Shown here one piece after another: positions 18,111-25,794 of a stretch of 40,828 nucleotides of DNA. How positions within the stretch are numbered: the stretch's first letter is position 1; every line of letters begins with the position of its first letter. Under the pieces are notes generated by a model that was not told where the DNA came from, did not search any database, and saw only the letters and a list, made by a program, of their open reading frames with translations. Made by a program: the position numbers and the translations under genes. The stretch lies in the NCBI GenBank assembly GCA_041669965.1, contig JBAYAD010000001.1:1-40828 (forward strand), in the 5' to 3' direction. The DNA is from Selenomonadaceae bacterium (GTDB lineage Bacteria > Bacillota > Negativicutes > Selenomonadales > Selenomonadaceae).

Positions 18111-19975
18111 CTACCCCATCTACTGTTAATATTATCATCGTTCCAACTCCAGCTATTCTCATTCGCCTGATGCTCAGCTTCATTTGAATCCGAATTTGCT
18201 TTGGCTTTTACTTCTGTCACTACTTCAACGAGCGTCCTAACCGACATAGCATCGGCGGCTGCACTCGCATATACCTCACAGTCAAAATAGTGGTTCGCTG
18301 CTCTTGTTGTTTTTTTCACCCACTGGCGTGTAAGTTTTCCAGCTTTGCGTGATTCAATCATGTGCTCACTTGTCAGTTGTTCTGCATAATCATCATCGCA
18401 ACCTTTGTATACCATAAATGCTCCCTTGCCAAGTTCTCTATTTAACCTTGATGCAATCATGGTTTTATACTTATTTGTATCAACCAGCATCAATGTAATG
18501 CCAGTACCGCCGCCACGTTCTTGGCTTCTGTTTATACGGCTTATTTTGTAATAATCAAGCGAATGCGAACTTCCTTTGACAGGTATTGCCCATTCTCTAT
18601 TACGGTCGCAAAAATCATATACATCTTCTGTTTGATCTCCACTATCTACCCCGCACAAACAAACAATCAACTTTCCTGTGCCGTTTTCCTTTGCATATTC
18701 CGCATTCATCACATATTCAACATCTGACCATCCCAGTGCCTGTCCATGCAATATGTTCTGAGATGTCATATTAGGTCCCCATGCTCTAATGGTATAGTAC
18801 ATATAATTTTCTTGTACATCTACACCGCCAGTAAGCATTTGTGCCCATGCTGGTACCTTCCCCTTTGGTACCTCTGTCTGCATCTTCATGACTGTCTCTG
18901 CATCTGTCACAAGTTTCGCATCCTCCCACGGTTCGGCCAACCATGAGTTAATAAAGTTTTGCAGCAGCTCAGGATCATCTTTACTATCAAGAAATTCTTT
19001 TGCTACCTCTTCAAAAGTAACAAAAGGACTGTAAAGTGTGTTCATCCAATATGCTATTGATTTAGCGTTGTTTGTTTTCTTTTCAACAGCTGTCCATCTG
19101 CCATTTCGTAGCATAGCCGGCTTGTGTCTATCGCGGATAATGCCGCCGCAAATTTGGCAGCAATAATAGGCGCTTTTCGCACGATCCGCATCTGACATAC
19201 TTTCTTCTTTTGCCCATAAAAGATTTTTAAAATCAAACTCTATCATTTCACCGCAATGTGGGCACGGCATTTCATAGTGTTTAACCACCTCTGCGGTCTG
19301 TAGTGCTTTCCATATGTTGCCGTTTTTTACAGTGGGCGTGCTGGTCTTAAAGACCTTTCTGTTATCAAATGTTTTTGTACGCTCTTCTGCAAGACTAAGC
19401 GCATCTGCTTCCTTTGTACTTGCGCCTGGATATTTATCTATTTCATCTAAAAAGAGATAGCGTATTGGTCTGCTTGCCAATGAGCTCGGACTATTTGCAC
19501 CTACAATCGAAACAAAGCAATCTTTGAATCTCATTTCTAAACGACTGCTATCTGCCATTTTGTATTGGCTCCTTAGTTTTGGACTTAATTCAACCATCGG
19601 AGCTATTCTGTTTTCAGCGTTTGTTTCCGCCAGTTTGTCAGTTGGATACACAACCAATGCAGGTCCTGGATCATTATCAATGCAATATCCCAGCATATTC
19701 ATAAGGCTCTCTGTACCGCCAACCTGTGTTGGCTTTACAAAAACAATTTCTTCTGTATACGGATTATTCAATTCGTCCATAATCTCTTTAAGATATGGCG
19801 TTTTTGTATTACTCCATTGTCCTGGCAGCGCCGATGTTCGGCTGTCGAGTATGCGATATTTTTCAGCCCATTTAGATACTGTTAATTTCTCCGGAGGATA
19901 AAATGCAGAAAGCGCTTCTGATATATAGCTATTTAATTTTTTTCGCCTTTGCTTTTTCTGCAATAAACTCACCAT
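18107..19975 (-). CDS. terL: Terminase large subunit, GpA family
   Basis: 622 aa. LTVSKWAEKYRILDSRTSALPGQWSNTKTPYLKEIMDEL...TQVGGTE matches the lambda GpA-type N-terminus and Walker region. Confidence 0.9.
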   Translation of the reverse strand: MVSLLQKKQRRKKLNSYISEALSAFYPPEKLTVSKWAEKYRILDSRTSALPGQWSNTKTPYLKEIMDELNNPYTEEIVFVKPTQVGGTESLMNMLGYCIDNDPGPALVVYPTDKLAETNAENRIAPMVELSPKLRSQYKMADSSRLEMRFKDCFVSIVGANSPSSLASRPIRYLFLDEIDKYPGASTKEADALSLAEERTKTFDNRKVFKTSTPTVKNGNIWKALQTAEVVKHYEMPCPHCGEMIEFDFKNLLWAKEESMSDADRAKSAYYCCQICGGIIRDRHKPAMLRNGRWTAVEKKTNNAKSIAYWMNTLYSPFVTFEEVAKEFLDSKDDPELLQNFINSWLAEPWEDAKLVTDAETVMKMQTEVPKGKVPAWAQMLTGGVDVQENYMYYTIRAWGPNMTSQNILHGQALGWSDVEYVMNAEYAKENGTGKLIVCLCGVDSGDQTEDVYDFCDRNREWAIPVKGSSHSLDYYKISRINRSQERGGGTGITLMLVDTNKYKTMIASRLNRELGKGAFMVYKGCDDDYAEQLTSEHMIESRKAGKLTRQWVKKTTRAANHYFDCEVYASAAADAMSVRTLVEVVTEVKAKANSDSNEAEHQANENSWSWNDDNINSRWGR

Positions 19976-20759
19976 TCCCTAGCTGTATCAGTTGGTTATC
20001 AATTACCTCTATCATGCTTGCTTCTATCCTCCTGATTTCACTGCTATCAATCAGACCGGTTAATTGGCTTGCGCATTTTCTCGGTACCGTTCGTATTACC
20101 GTCTTTATACCTGCAAACAGTGATGCAAGTTCTCTTATAACATCATCCCTGCGAAGCAGTTCTCCGTTCTGAATAGAATTCTTCATAGCTTGAAATTGCA
20201 TCTGATATTCTTTCAGCATTATTTCTGCTTCCATTTTTCGTGCGTACAGATTCTTTGCCTTTGCCTTTTCCTCTGTAGCATATGCTCCACCGCCTATAAG
20301 GCCACGCCACTTTAATACCTCTTCTATATCCCACCAGCCGGTTGCAACCTTCGGACATCCTTCTTTATTCCACATTGTTAATGTTTTATTCGTAATCTCT
20401 AAAAAATCAGCCAATCTACTTGACGAATAAAGCACCTTCCCTTCAATAAAACGAACTGACTTATCCGCTATTTTCATAACCGCCTCGTTCCTATCTATCT
20501 TTAATTGTTTTGATAGTTTAGAAATTATGTTGGATTGCTCATTAATGATTTTTTGATACGGATTTGTTACCGTTTTATCATCTCGTTTTCCTACCAGAGG
20601 ATACTTTAAGCATTCTTTTTTTGCCCTTTCATATGTAGCGACCGCCTCGCAATATGTATGTAAAACTGTCTGATCATATTTTTTTTTGCTATCAGATGTA
20701 ACCCTATCCCATTCTGCTTTCGCTTCGGGGCTTAGATTCTCATAAATGCTATTATCCAT
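19929..20759 (-). CDS. terS: Terminase small subunit: P27-like N-terminal half fused to a Nu1-like winged-HTH half
   Basis: aa 1-95 resemble Terminase_4/P27 (W..V...L..YCEAVATYERA...NPY). aa about 110-276 resemble Nu1 (LADFLEITNKTLTMWNKEGCP...WDIEEVLKWR). Overlaps both neighbouring genes. Confidence 0.7.
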   Translation of the reverse strand: MDNSIYENLSPEAKAEWDRVTSDSKKKYDQTVLHTYCEAVATYERAKKECLKYPLVGKRDDKTVTNPYQKIINEQSNIISKLSKQLKIDRNEAVMKIADKSVRFIEGKVLYSSSRLADFLEITNKTLTMWNKEGCPKVATGWWDIEEVLKWRGLIGGGAYATEEKAKAKNLYARKMEAEIMLKEYQMQFQAMKNSIQNGELLRRDDVIRELASLFAGIKTVIRTVPRKCASQLTGLIDSSEIRRIEASMIEVIDNQLIQLGNGEFIAEKAKAKKIK

Positions 20760-21954
20760 TAAGCAGCACCGCCGTACATCCAGAATGTTTCTCCCATCTT
20801 TTCACTATTACATTACAATACTTTGGATCAAGTTCCATTGTGTAGCAGCAACGCTCCATTTGTTCACATGCAATCAGAGTAGATCCTGATCCTCCAAACA
20901 AATCCATTATTATATCTTTCCGCATAGAACTGTTTTTCATCGGATATGCGATAAGAGGAATTGGCTTCATTGTGGGATGCTCGTCAGATCTATTCGGTTT
21001 ATCGAAATACCATACTGTTTTTTGCTTCCTATTACCGTGCCACTTATGCCCTGATCTTAAATCCCATCCGTATAAAACAGGTTCGAATTCGCCCTCTATT
21101 GATTCACCGCACATCACCGGCTCATGCTGCCATTGGTAATCCTGCCTACCCATTACCATGCTATTTTTTACCCATATGCATGTCTGCGCTAATTTAAATC
21201 CTGCATCACAAAACGCACCACGGAAGTTATATCCTTCGGAATCTGAGTGAAATATGTATGCAGCTGCTCCATAATTACAGAATGCACGCATATTTACAAA
21301 AGCATCAAACAGAAACTTTCTAAATGCATCACTTTTCATGTTATCATTTAGTATCGTTCCGGCCTTGCCTTGGACATTCACATTATACGGAGGATCCGTA
21401 ATAATTAGATTGGCTTTGCTCCCAGCCATAAGCATTTCCACATCATCATAAGAAGTGCTGTCTCTGCACATCAAACGGTGATCCCCAAGCTGCCAGATCA
21501 TGCCTTGTTTTATATGCGAAATATCTGCTTCTTTATATGCATTTTCAACATCGAAGTTATCTTCAAATGGCTCTATGTTTTTATCAAATCCAGATAGTCC
21601 AAATTGGCTCATATCGATTCCTATATCCGCCAATTCTATCTGCAATAATTCAATATCCCATTCGGCCAAATCTGCGGTGGAATTATCAGCAATCCGAAAG
21701 GCTTTTATTTGCTCTTCGGTCAGATCATCTGCAATGATACATGGAATTTCTATCATGCCCAGCTTTCGTGCTGCCTTGATTCTTGTATGTCCTGCAATCA
21801 CACCATTTTCACGGTCGATAATTACCGGCACCTTGAATCCAAATTCACGAATACTATTTGCAACCGCTTCTACGGCGATGTCATTCTTGCGCGGATTGCC
21901 TTTGTACTCGTTCAGGCTTCCCACGGGCATATTAACGATTTGCATTGAATTCAT
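20752..21954 (-). CDS. ParB-like nuclease domain fused to a DNA N6-adenine/N4-cytosine methyltransferase
   Basis: N-terminus has YKGNPRKND...GHTRIKAA, which is ParB/Srx-like. Motif IV is IITDPPYNVN and motif I is DLFGGSGSTLIACE, the beta-class order. Translationally overlaps terS. Confidence 0.85.
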   Translation of the reverse strand: MNSMQIVNMPVGSLNEYKGNPRKNDIAVEAVANSIREFGFKVPVIIDRENGVIAGHTRIKAARKLGMIEIPCIIADDLTEEQIKAFRIADNSTADLAEWDIELLQIELADIGIDMSQFGLSGFDKNIEPFEDNFDVENAYKEADISHIKQGMIWQLGDHRLMCRDSTSYDDVEMLMAGSKANLIITDPPYNVNVQGKAGTILNDNMKSDAFRKFLFDAFVNMRAFCNYGAAAYIFHSDSEGYNFRGAFCDAGFKLAQTCIWVKNSMVMGRQDYQWQHEPVMCGESIEGEFEPVLYGWDLRSGHKWHGNRKQKTVWYFDKPNRSDEHPTMKPIPLIAYPMKNSSMRKDIIMDLFGGSGSTLIACEQMERCCYTMELDPKYCNVIVKRWEKHSGCTAVLLNG

Positions 21955-22063
21955 CCTTTTACATTTTTACCTGATTTTTTTTACTTAAATCCAGCCATGG
22001 AATGGGACACCCTGTACCTGCCTAGGTTTACCCCCCTGGGAAGTACCTTTTTTGTCCGGTGTG

Positions 22064-22088
22064 AAAAAGCAGTTGCCTGTGCAACTGC
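22064..22088 (-). terminator. Rho-independent terminator, second of a tandem pair
   Basis: Minus strand: GCAGTTGC-ACAG-GCAACTGC followed by TTTTTCAC. Confidence 0.5.
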
Positions 22089-22125
22089 TCACAAAATGTA
22101 TGTTCATGTTACAACCACTTTCATT

Positions 22126-22153
22126 AGTAAAAAAGCAGCCTTTCTATTGGCTG
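22126..22153 (-). terminator. Rho-independent terminator after the early operon, first of a tandem pair
   Basis: Minus strand: GCAGCC-(8 nt)-GGCTGC followed by TTTTTTAC. Located 40 nt after the stop at 22193. Confidence 0.6.
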
Positions 22154-22192
22154 CCTTTCACGCTTAAAGTATATCATTTAATCTTCGGGAAT

Positions 22193-22597
22193 TCAGGGAA
22201 TTTTTAGGGTGTTAAGATATCTGTAATGCTTCTTCTTTTCTGTGCTTCCATCACCAGCATTACCCATTGCAGCTGCTACCCCTGGCCATGACAGTCCATT
22301 TACATATTTAAGTGTTAATATTTGTCTGATTTCGCTATCTTCAATTCCCAGTATAAATCTGTTCAATCGGTTATATTCTACCCTGCATTCAGTATATTTA
22401 AGAATGAGCATATTCCTTATTTCATCAATGTTTATTACAATAGATGCTGTCCTGTCTGTTATAATACCTGATGATGGCATTCCGGTAATTTTAGACGTAA
22501 TATTCTCTTTAGAATCTTCCAATTCTAAAAGTCTGGCAGCTAATAGCGGGATTTCATTCTTTACACTTATGTACTTTGACAATTCTTCTTTCGTCAT
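22193..22597 (-). CDS. Sigma-70 region-4-like late transcription regulator (RinA/ArpU/DUF1492-like)
   Basis: 134 aa. C-terminal IRQILTLKYVNGLSWPGVAAAMG is a sigma region-4-type HTH. It is the last gene before the packaging and structural module. Confidence 0.5.
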   Translation of the reverse strand: MTKEELSKYISVKNEIPLLAARLLELEDSKENITSKITGMPSSGIITDRTASIVINIDEIRNMLILKYTECRVEYNRLNRFILGIEDSEIRQILTLKYVNGLSWPGVAAAMGNAGDGSTEKKKHYRYLNTLKIP

Positions 22598-22938
22598 TTC
22601 CTGTATTTCCCCCTATATTTACAAAATATATCTCTACAGAATATTGCTTTCCCATCATCCTTGATCGATACCCAGCAGGTATCACATATATTCTTGCGCT
22701 CAGCCGGATTATTTGTTGATCCCTTTGGTAATATCGTCACTCCTGCTGCATCTGCTGCCTCTCCGAGATTGATAAGCACTTTTCTTTTATCCTTCTCTGA
22801 CTTCTTGATAGTTAACTTATGGTCTTTCATCCTATCTCGCAAAGTAGGAGCGCTCCAGCCTATACGATTTGCCATTTCATCTTGTGTGATCCATTCTTCA
22901 CGCTTACCGCGGATATAGATTTTATCTTTTGTGGCCAT
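22594..22938 (-). CDS. HTH DNA-binding protein, function unknown
   Basis: ITQDEMANRIGWSAPTLRDRM is HTH-like. The C-terminal tail is basic and contains cysteines. Confidence 0.4.
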   Translation of the reverse strand: MATKDKIYIRGKREEWITQDEMANRIGWSAPTLRDRMKDHKLTIKKSEKDKRKVLINLGEAADAAGVTILPKGSTNNPAERKNICDTCWVSIKDDGKAIFCRDIFCKYRGKYRK

Positions 22939-22939
22939 T

Positions 22940-22974
22940 GTTTATTCCGCCTCCGTTCTCTGCTTATTCTTTGG
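22940..22974. repeat. Direct repeat copy A (35 nt, 32/35 identical to 24038..24072)
   Basis: gtttattccgcctccgttctCtgctTAttctttgg. It covers the last codons (PKNKQRTEAE*) of the upstream gene plus the SD and spacer of the next gene. Confidence 0.8.
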
Positions 22975-23790
22975 TTTCAGAGATTCTGGATACTCTTGGA
23001 TAAATTCATCTCCCATAATCTCACGAAGGCTTTCCTTCATGAATACCGGAACTTCTGCGGCCTTAAAGCAGTCTACGAGTGTTTGTATCCATTTTCTCTT
23101 CGGAATCACTTTGTCTTTTCGGTTTCCGGTTTCTGCTCCAATAATAACCCATTGAATATGCCGTACATATTGATATGGTATTGGATCTATTTCTTTGAGT
23201 ATAGGTTCAATTGAAATAAATGTATTACTTTTACTATCTAAGTGATGGCAAGCAAGTATACTTGCATTTGTATATAACTCCGGATAATTTGTAGCAGATG
23301 CGCCAAACCATAATGACTTATAACTTTGAAATGAATATTTGATTATTCTCATATACCGATGCGGATTCTTTGTTAGAAATAAATAGTTATGTTGCTTTGT
23401 TCCTTTGCACCGTGCTATAATTTCATCGATCCACTCATCAGGTACCCATTCTCCGAACAAATCCGCCATGCTACAAACGAATATATTCTTTCCTTGCTTG
23501 TTCGCATAATCATCCAGCCTATAACGGTGGAAGGTAGGATCAAAATAATATGGATATGGTGCTTTTTGACCTCTGTCAACATCATAAATAGGTTCTATTA
23601 AATCATGTACCTTGCCTGTTTCTTCTGTTTCCCATTGGCATTGCGAACCTACGGTTTCATTATGATGTGTTTCGCTCGCACCTCCGAATCTGGCAGCTAT
23701 TTTCCGAGCATAGCAGTATTCGCATCCGTGTAGACAGCCGGTAACAGGGTTCCATGTGCTATCGCACCAATCTATCTTCGTTTTATTCAT
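22942..23790 (-). CDS. Phage Gp37/Gp68 (DUF5131) family protein with a CxxxCxxC motif
   Basis: MNKTKIDWCDSTWNPVTGCLHGCEYCYARKIA is the characteristic N-terminus of this family. Confidence 0.8.
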   Translation of the reverse strand: MNKTKIDWCDSTWNPVTGCLHGCEYCYARKIAARFGGASETHHNETVGSQCQWETEETGKVHDLIEPIYDVDRGQKAPYPYYFDPTFHRYRLDDYANKQGKNIFVCSMADLFGEWVPDEWIDEIIARCKGTKQHNYLFLTKNPHRYMRIIKYSFQSYKSLWFGASATNYPELYTNASILACHHLDSKSNTFISIEPILKEIDPIPYQYVRHIQWVIIGAETGNRKDKVIPKRKWIQTLVDCFKAAEVPVFMKESLREIMGDEFIQEYPESLKPKNKQRTEAE

Positions 23791-24037
23791 TGTTTATTCC
23801 GCCTCCTGCTATTTGTGCTTCTATTCCTGCTTTAAATGCGCACTGTGTACACGCTGCCTTCATGCCTTCATTTTGTATTAGCTTTCTTGTTTCGTCAGCC
23901 TCCCAGCATTCTTCGCCGCATATAGGACATATAACGAGTTTCCAGTCTGTATTTTTGGGATACGGTACGTTTGATTTTCGCGGCATACATATAATCCCTC
24001 CGTCTCCCTTTTTATGTTGTTTTATTTTTATATACAT
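23783..24037 (-). CDS. Small zinc-ribbon protein
   Basis: Start moved to ATG 24037 (MYIKIKQHKK...) behind GGAGGCGGAATAAAC. Has CPICGEEC...CTQC cysteine pairs. Confidence 0.5.
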   Translation of the reverse strand: MYIKIKQHKKGDGGIICMPRKSNVPYPKNTDWKLVICPICGEECWEADETRKLIQNEGMKAACTQCAFKAGIEAQIAGGGINNE

Positions 24038-24072
24038 GTTTATTCCGCCTCCGTTCTTTGCTCGTTCTTTGG
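24038..24072. repeat. Direct repeat copy B (35 nt)
   Basis: gtttattccgcctccgttctTtgctCGttctttgg. It encodes PKNEQRTEAE* plus the SD. A 15-nt partial third copy lies at 23792..23806. Confidence 0.8.
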
Positions 24073-24699
24073 ATCCGTCCAGCAGCTTCCATCTTCCGTT
24101 CTGTGCGGGCAATGCTCGTTTTCAGAGTAATCTCCGCAAATGCTATTCTCTCCTGCTTTTGCACAGTCACAGCATAGACCATTTACGCATAATGCATCCT
24201 CACTTAATTCATTCTTTGCGTGTTCAGTGTTATATCTGCAGGTATCTGTTTCAGTGCAATAATCACAATAACCACTATCCACGCCCTTTATATTTTCGTT
24301 ATGCAGGCATTCGTCACACAGCATAAGTCGATTACCGCACACAGGACAATATGCTTTATATCCATATAGGTCAACATCCCACGCCATTTCTATTTCGTTG
24401 TCACAATGTGGGCACATTTCTACGACATTTACTATATCATCCCTCTGCTTCCGAAGCTGTGCGTTCTCGGCTTGGAGTTGTTTTAGCCTTGACAATTTTA
24501 CTTTAATCTCTCTCATCTCTACAATCAATGCGAGTATATTTTTGTATTGTGAAAAATCATCAATGTACGCCTGAATTTCATCACTCGTGAAATCAGCCTC
24601 TGTGGTTCGCAACATATGGCTGTTTTTTAATTTACATTGTTGTTTTATAATAAATGCCTTAATCTCTTCCAGATGTTTTTCTGTCATTTGTTTTCTCAT
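24040..24699 (-). CDS. Coiled-coil plus cysteine-rich protein, unknown function
   Basis: 219 aa. N-terminal heptad-like region, then many CxxC pairs (CPHCDNE...CPVCGNRLMLCDEC...CDYC...CCDC). Confidence 0.5.
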   Translation of the reverse strand: MRKQMTEKHLEEIKAFIIKQQCKLKNSHMLRTTEADFTSDEIQAYIDDFSQYKNILALIVEMREIKVKLSRLKQLQAENAQLRKQRDDIVNVVEMCPHCDNEIEMAWDVDLYGYKAYCPVCGNRLMLCDECLHNENIKGVDSGYCDYCTETDTCRYNTEHAKNELSEDALCVNGLCCDCAKAGENSICGDYSENEHCPHRTEDGSCWTDPKNEQRTEAE

Positions 24700-25292
24700 T
24701 TGCTTTCACGCTCCGTTCTTTCAAATTCAATCACCCATACCCACGGGTTAAAACAAAAGCGGTAGGGAGAAAGCGGCCCTGTCTGCTTCTCCTTTAAAGT
24801 ACTGTTCCACAACATTTCAAAACAGGCGATATGGTAATAGGCTATATCGCCCCCCATCACTTCAATATACTTGTCACCGTCTTTTGTACCTTCTGCCACT
24901 ACATCGGCTTCTGTAATTTCCTTCAATTTTTCTACTCTTACAGCGGTCACCTTTAAGAAGATTCGTGCAGCTTCTTTGGGCATATGGATTGATGGGCGCC
25001 AATTACCATCATAATCAGTATCATCTGCCTTATAGAAAATATCGCACATAGTGGTTGCAAAGGTTTCCCTTACATATAGAACATCACCGACTTTATGTGG
25101 TAATTTATAAATCTTTTCACCGTATCCATTAATAAAATTACCTCTGGCGCTGATTGAACCTTTAAGAGTAAAGAAAGTATAGCCAAATTCTGCGTCATCA
25201 GGCACATACTCCTTTAAAACTCTCCTGGTCACCGTCTTTCTTCCATCTAAAATTGCCTTTACCATTTCGGTATTAAATAATATCGGTTTCAT
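24696..25292 (-). CDS. ASCH/PUA-like domain protein
   Basis: MKPILFNTEMVKAILDGRKTVTRRV...GDVLYVRETF...WRPSIHMPKEAARIFLKVTAVRVEKL is the pattern of phage ASCH-like proteins. Confidence 0.6.
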   Translation of the reverse strand: MKPILFNTEMVKAILDGRKTVTRRVLKEYVPDDAEFGYTFFTLKGSISARGNFINGYGEKIYKLPHKVGDVLYVRETFATTMCDIFYKADDTDYDGNWRPSIHMPKEAARIFLKVTAVRVEKLKEITEADVVAEGTKDGDKYIEVMGGDIAYYHIACFEMLWNSTLKEKQTGPLSPYRFCFNPWVWVIEFERTERESK

Positions 25293-25332
25293 ATGTATCC
25301 TTTCTTTTGCAGGTTACTGCAAACGGTTATAT

Positions 25333-25794
25333 TTATCCTTCCAGCATCGGAAGCAGTGACGGCATTGTTCCTGTGAGATATGCATCCTTTATCTGCGGCC
25401 CCATGAAATCGCTTACGGTTTGATTGTTCGGCAGGAGTATGTTTGCCATGAATTCATCGTCAAATACCGATATTCCGCATTCTACCGCCTCCAGCTTTGC
25501 CTTGATTACCAGATGCAGCGCTCTCCATCTCTGCCGGCATGCTTGCTCCCAGGCTTCTCTTTGGCTGTTTGCCGTACGTTCTTGTCTTCCGCTCGGTGTG
25601 TATTTATAATCGCTTATAGGTGGCAAAGGGAGAAGGAACTTAATCTGTCGATCGTACATTTTAAAGGCGATCATTGCTTTTCCCTCTGATGATGCATACA
25701 TGAAACTGCTTGCCCCGTATTTTATAAGTGTCCGCTCGATCTCCAGCCTTGAAAGTTCACTTGATACCGTTGTGTTCTCTGCATATTTAGGCAT
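25333..25794 (-). CDS. Conserved phage hypothetical protein
   Basis: 153-aa ORF in operon context. No motif recognised with certainty. Confidence 0.5.
   Translation of the reverse strand: MPKYAENTTVSSELSRLEIERTLIKYGASSFMYASSEGKAMIAFKMYDRQIKFLLPLPPISDYKYTPSGRQERTANSQREAWEQACRQRWRALHLVIKAKLEAVECGISVFDDEFMANILLPNNQTVSDFMGPQIKDAYLTGTMPSLLPMLEG

Noticed and set aside
21980-22110. Roughly 40-codon minus-strand ORF (MNIHFVSSCTGNCFF...) in the early/late intergenic region
   Set aside because: It has no convincing SD and runs through a terminator hairpin and the GC-rich block. The region is more likely regulatory or cos DNA.
23783-24112. N-terminally extended forms of several track ORFs (23783..24112, 29422..30075, 35424..35702, 9841..10545, 11137..12564, 4402..5016, 36310..36948, 37005..38165)
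   Set aside because: In each case an internal ATG has a strong GGAGG-type SD at proper spacing. It often also forms an ATGA or TAATG overlap with the upstream stop. The extended form overlaps the upstream gene and lacks an SD.
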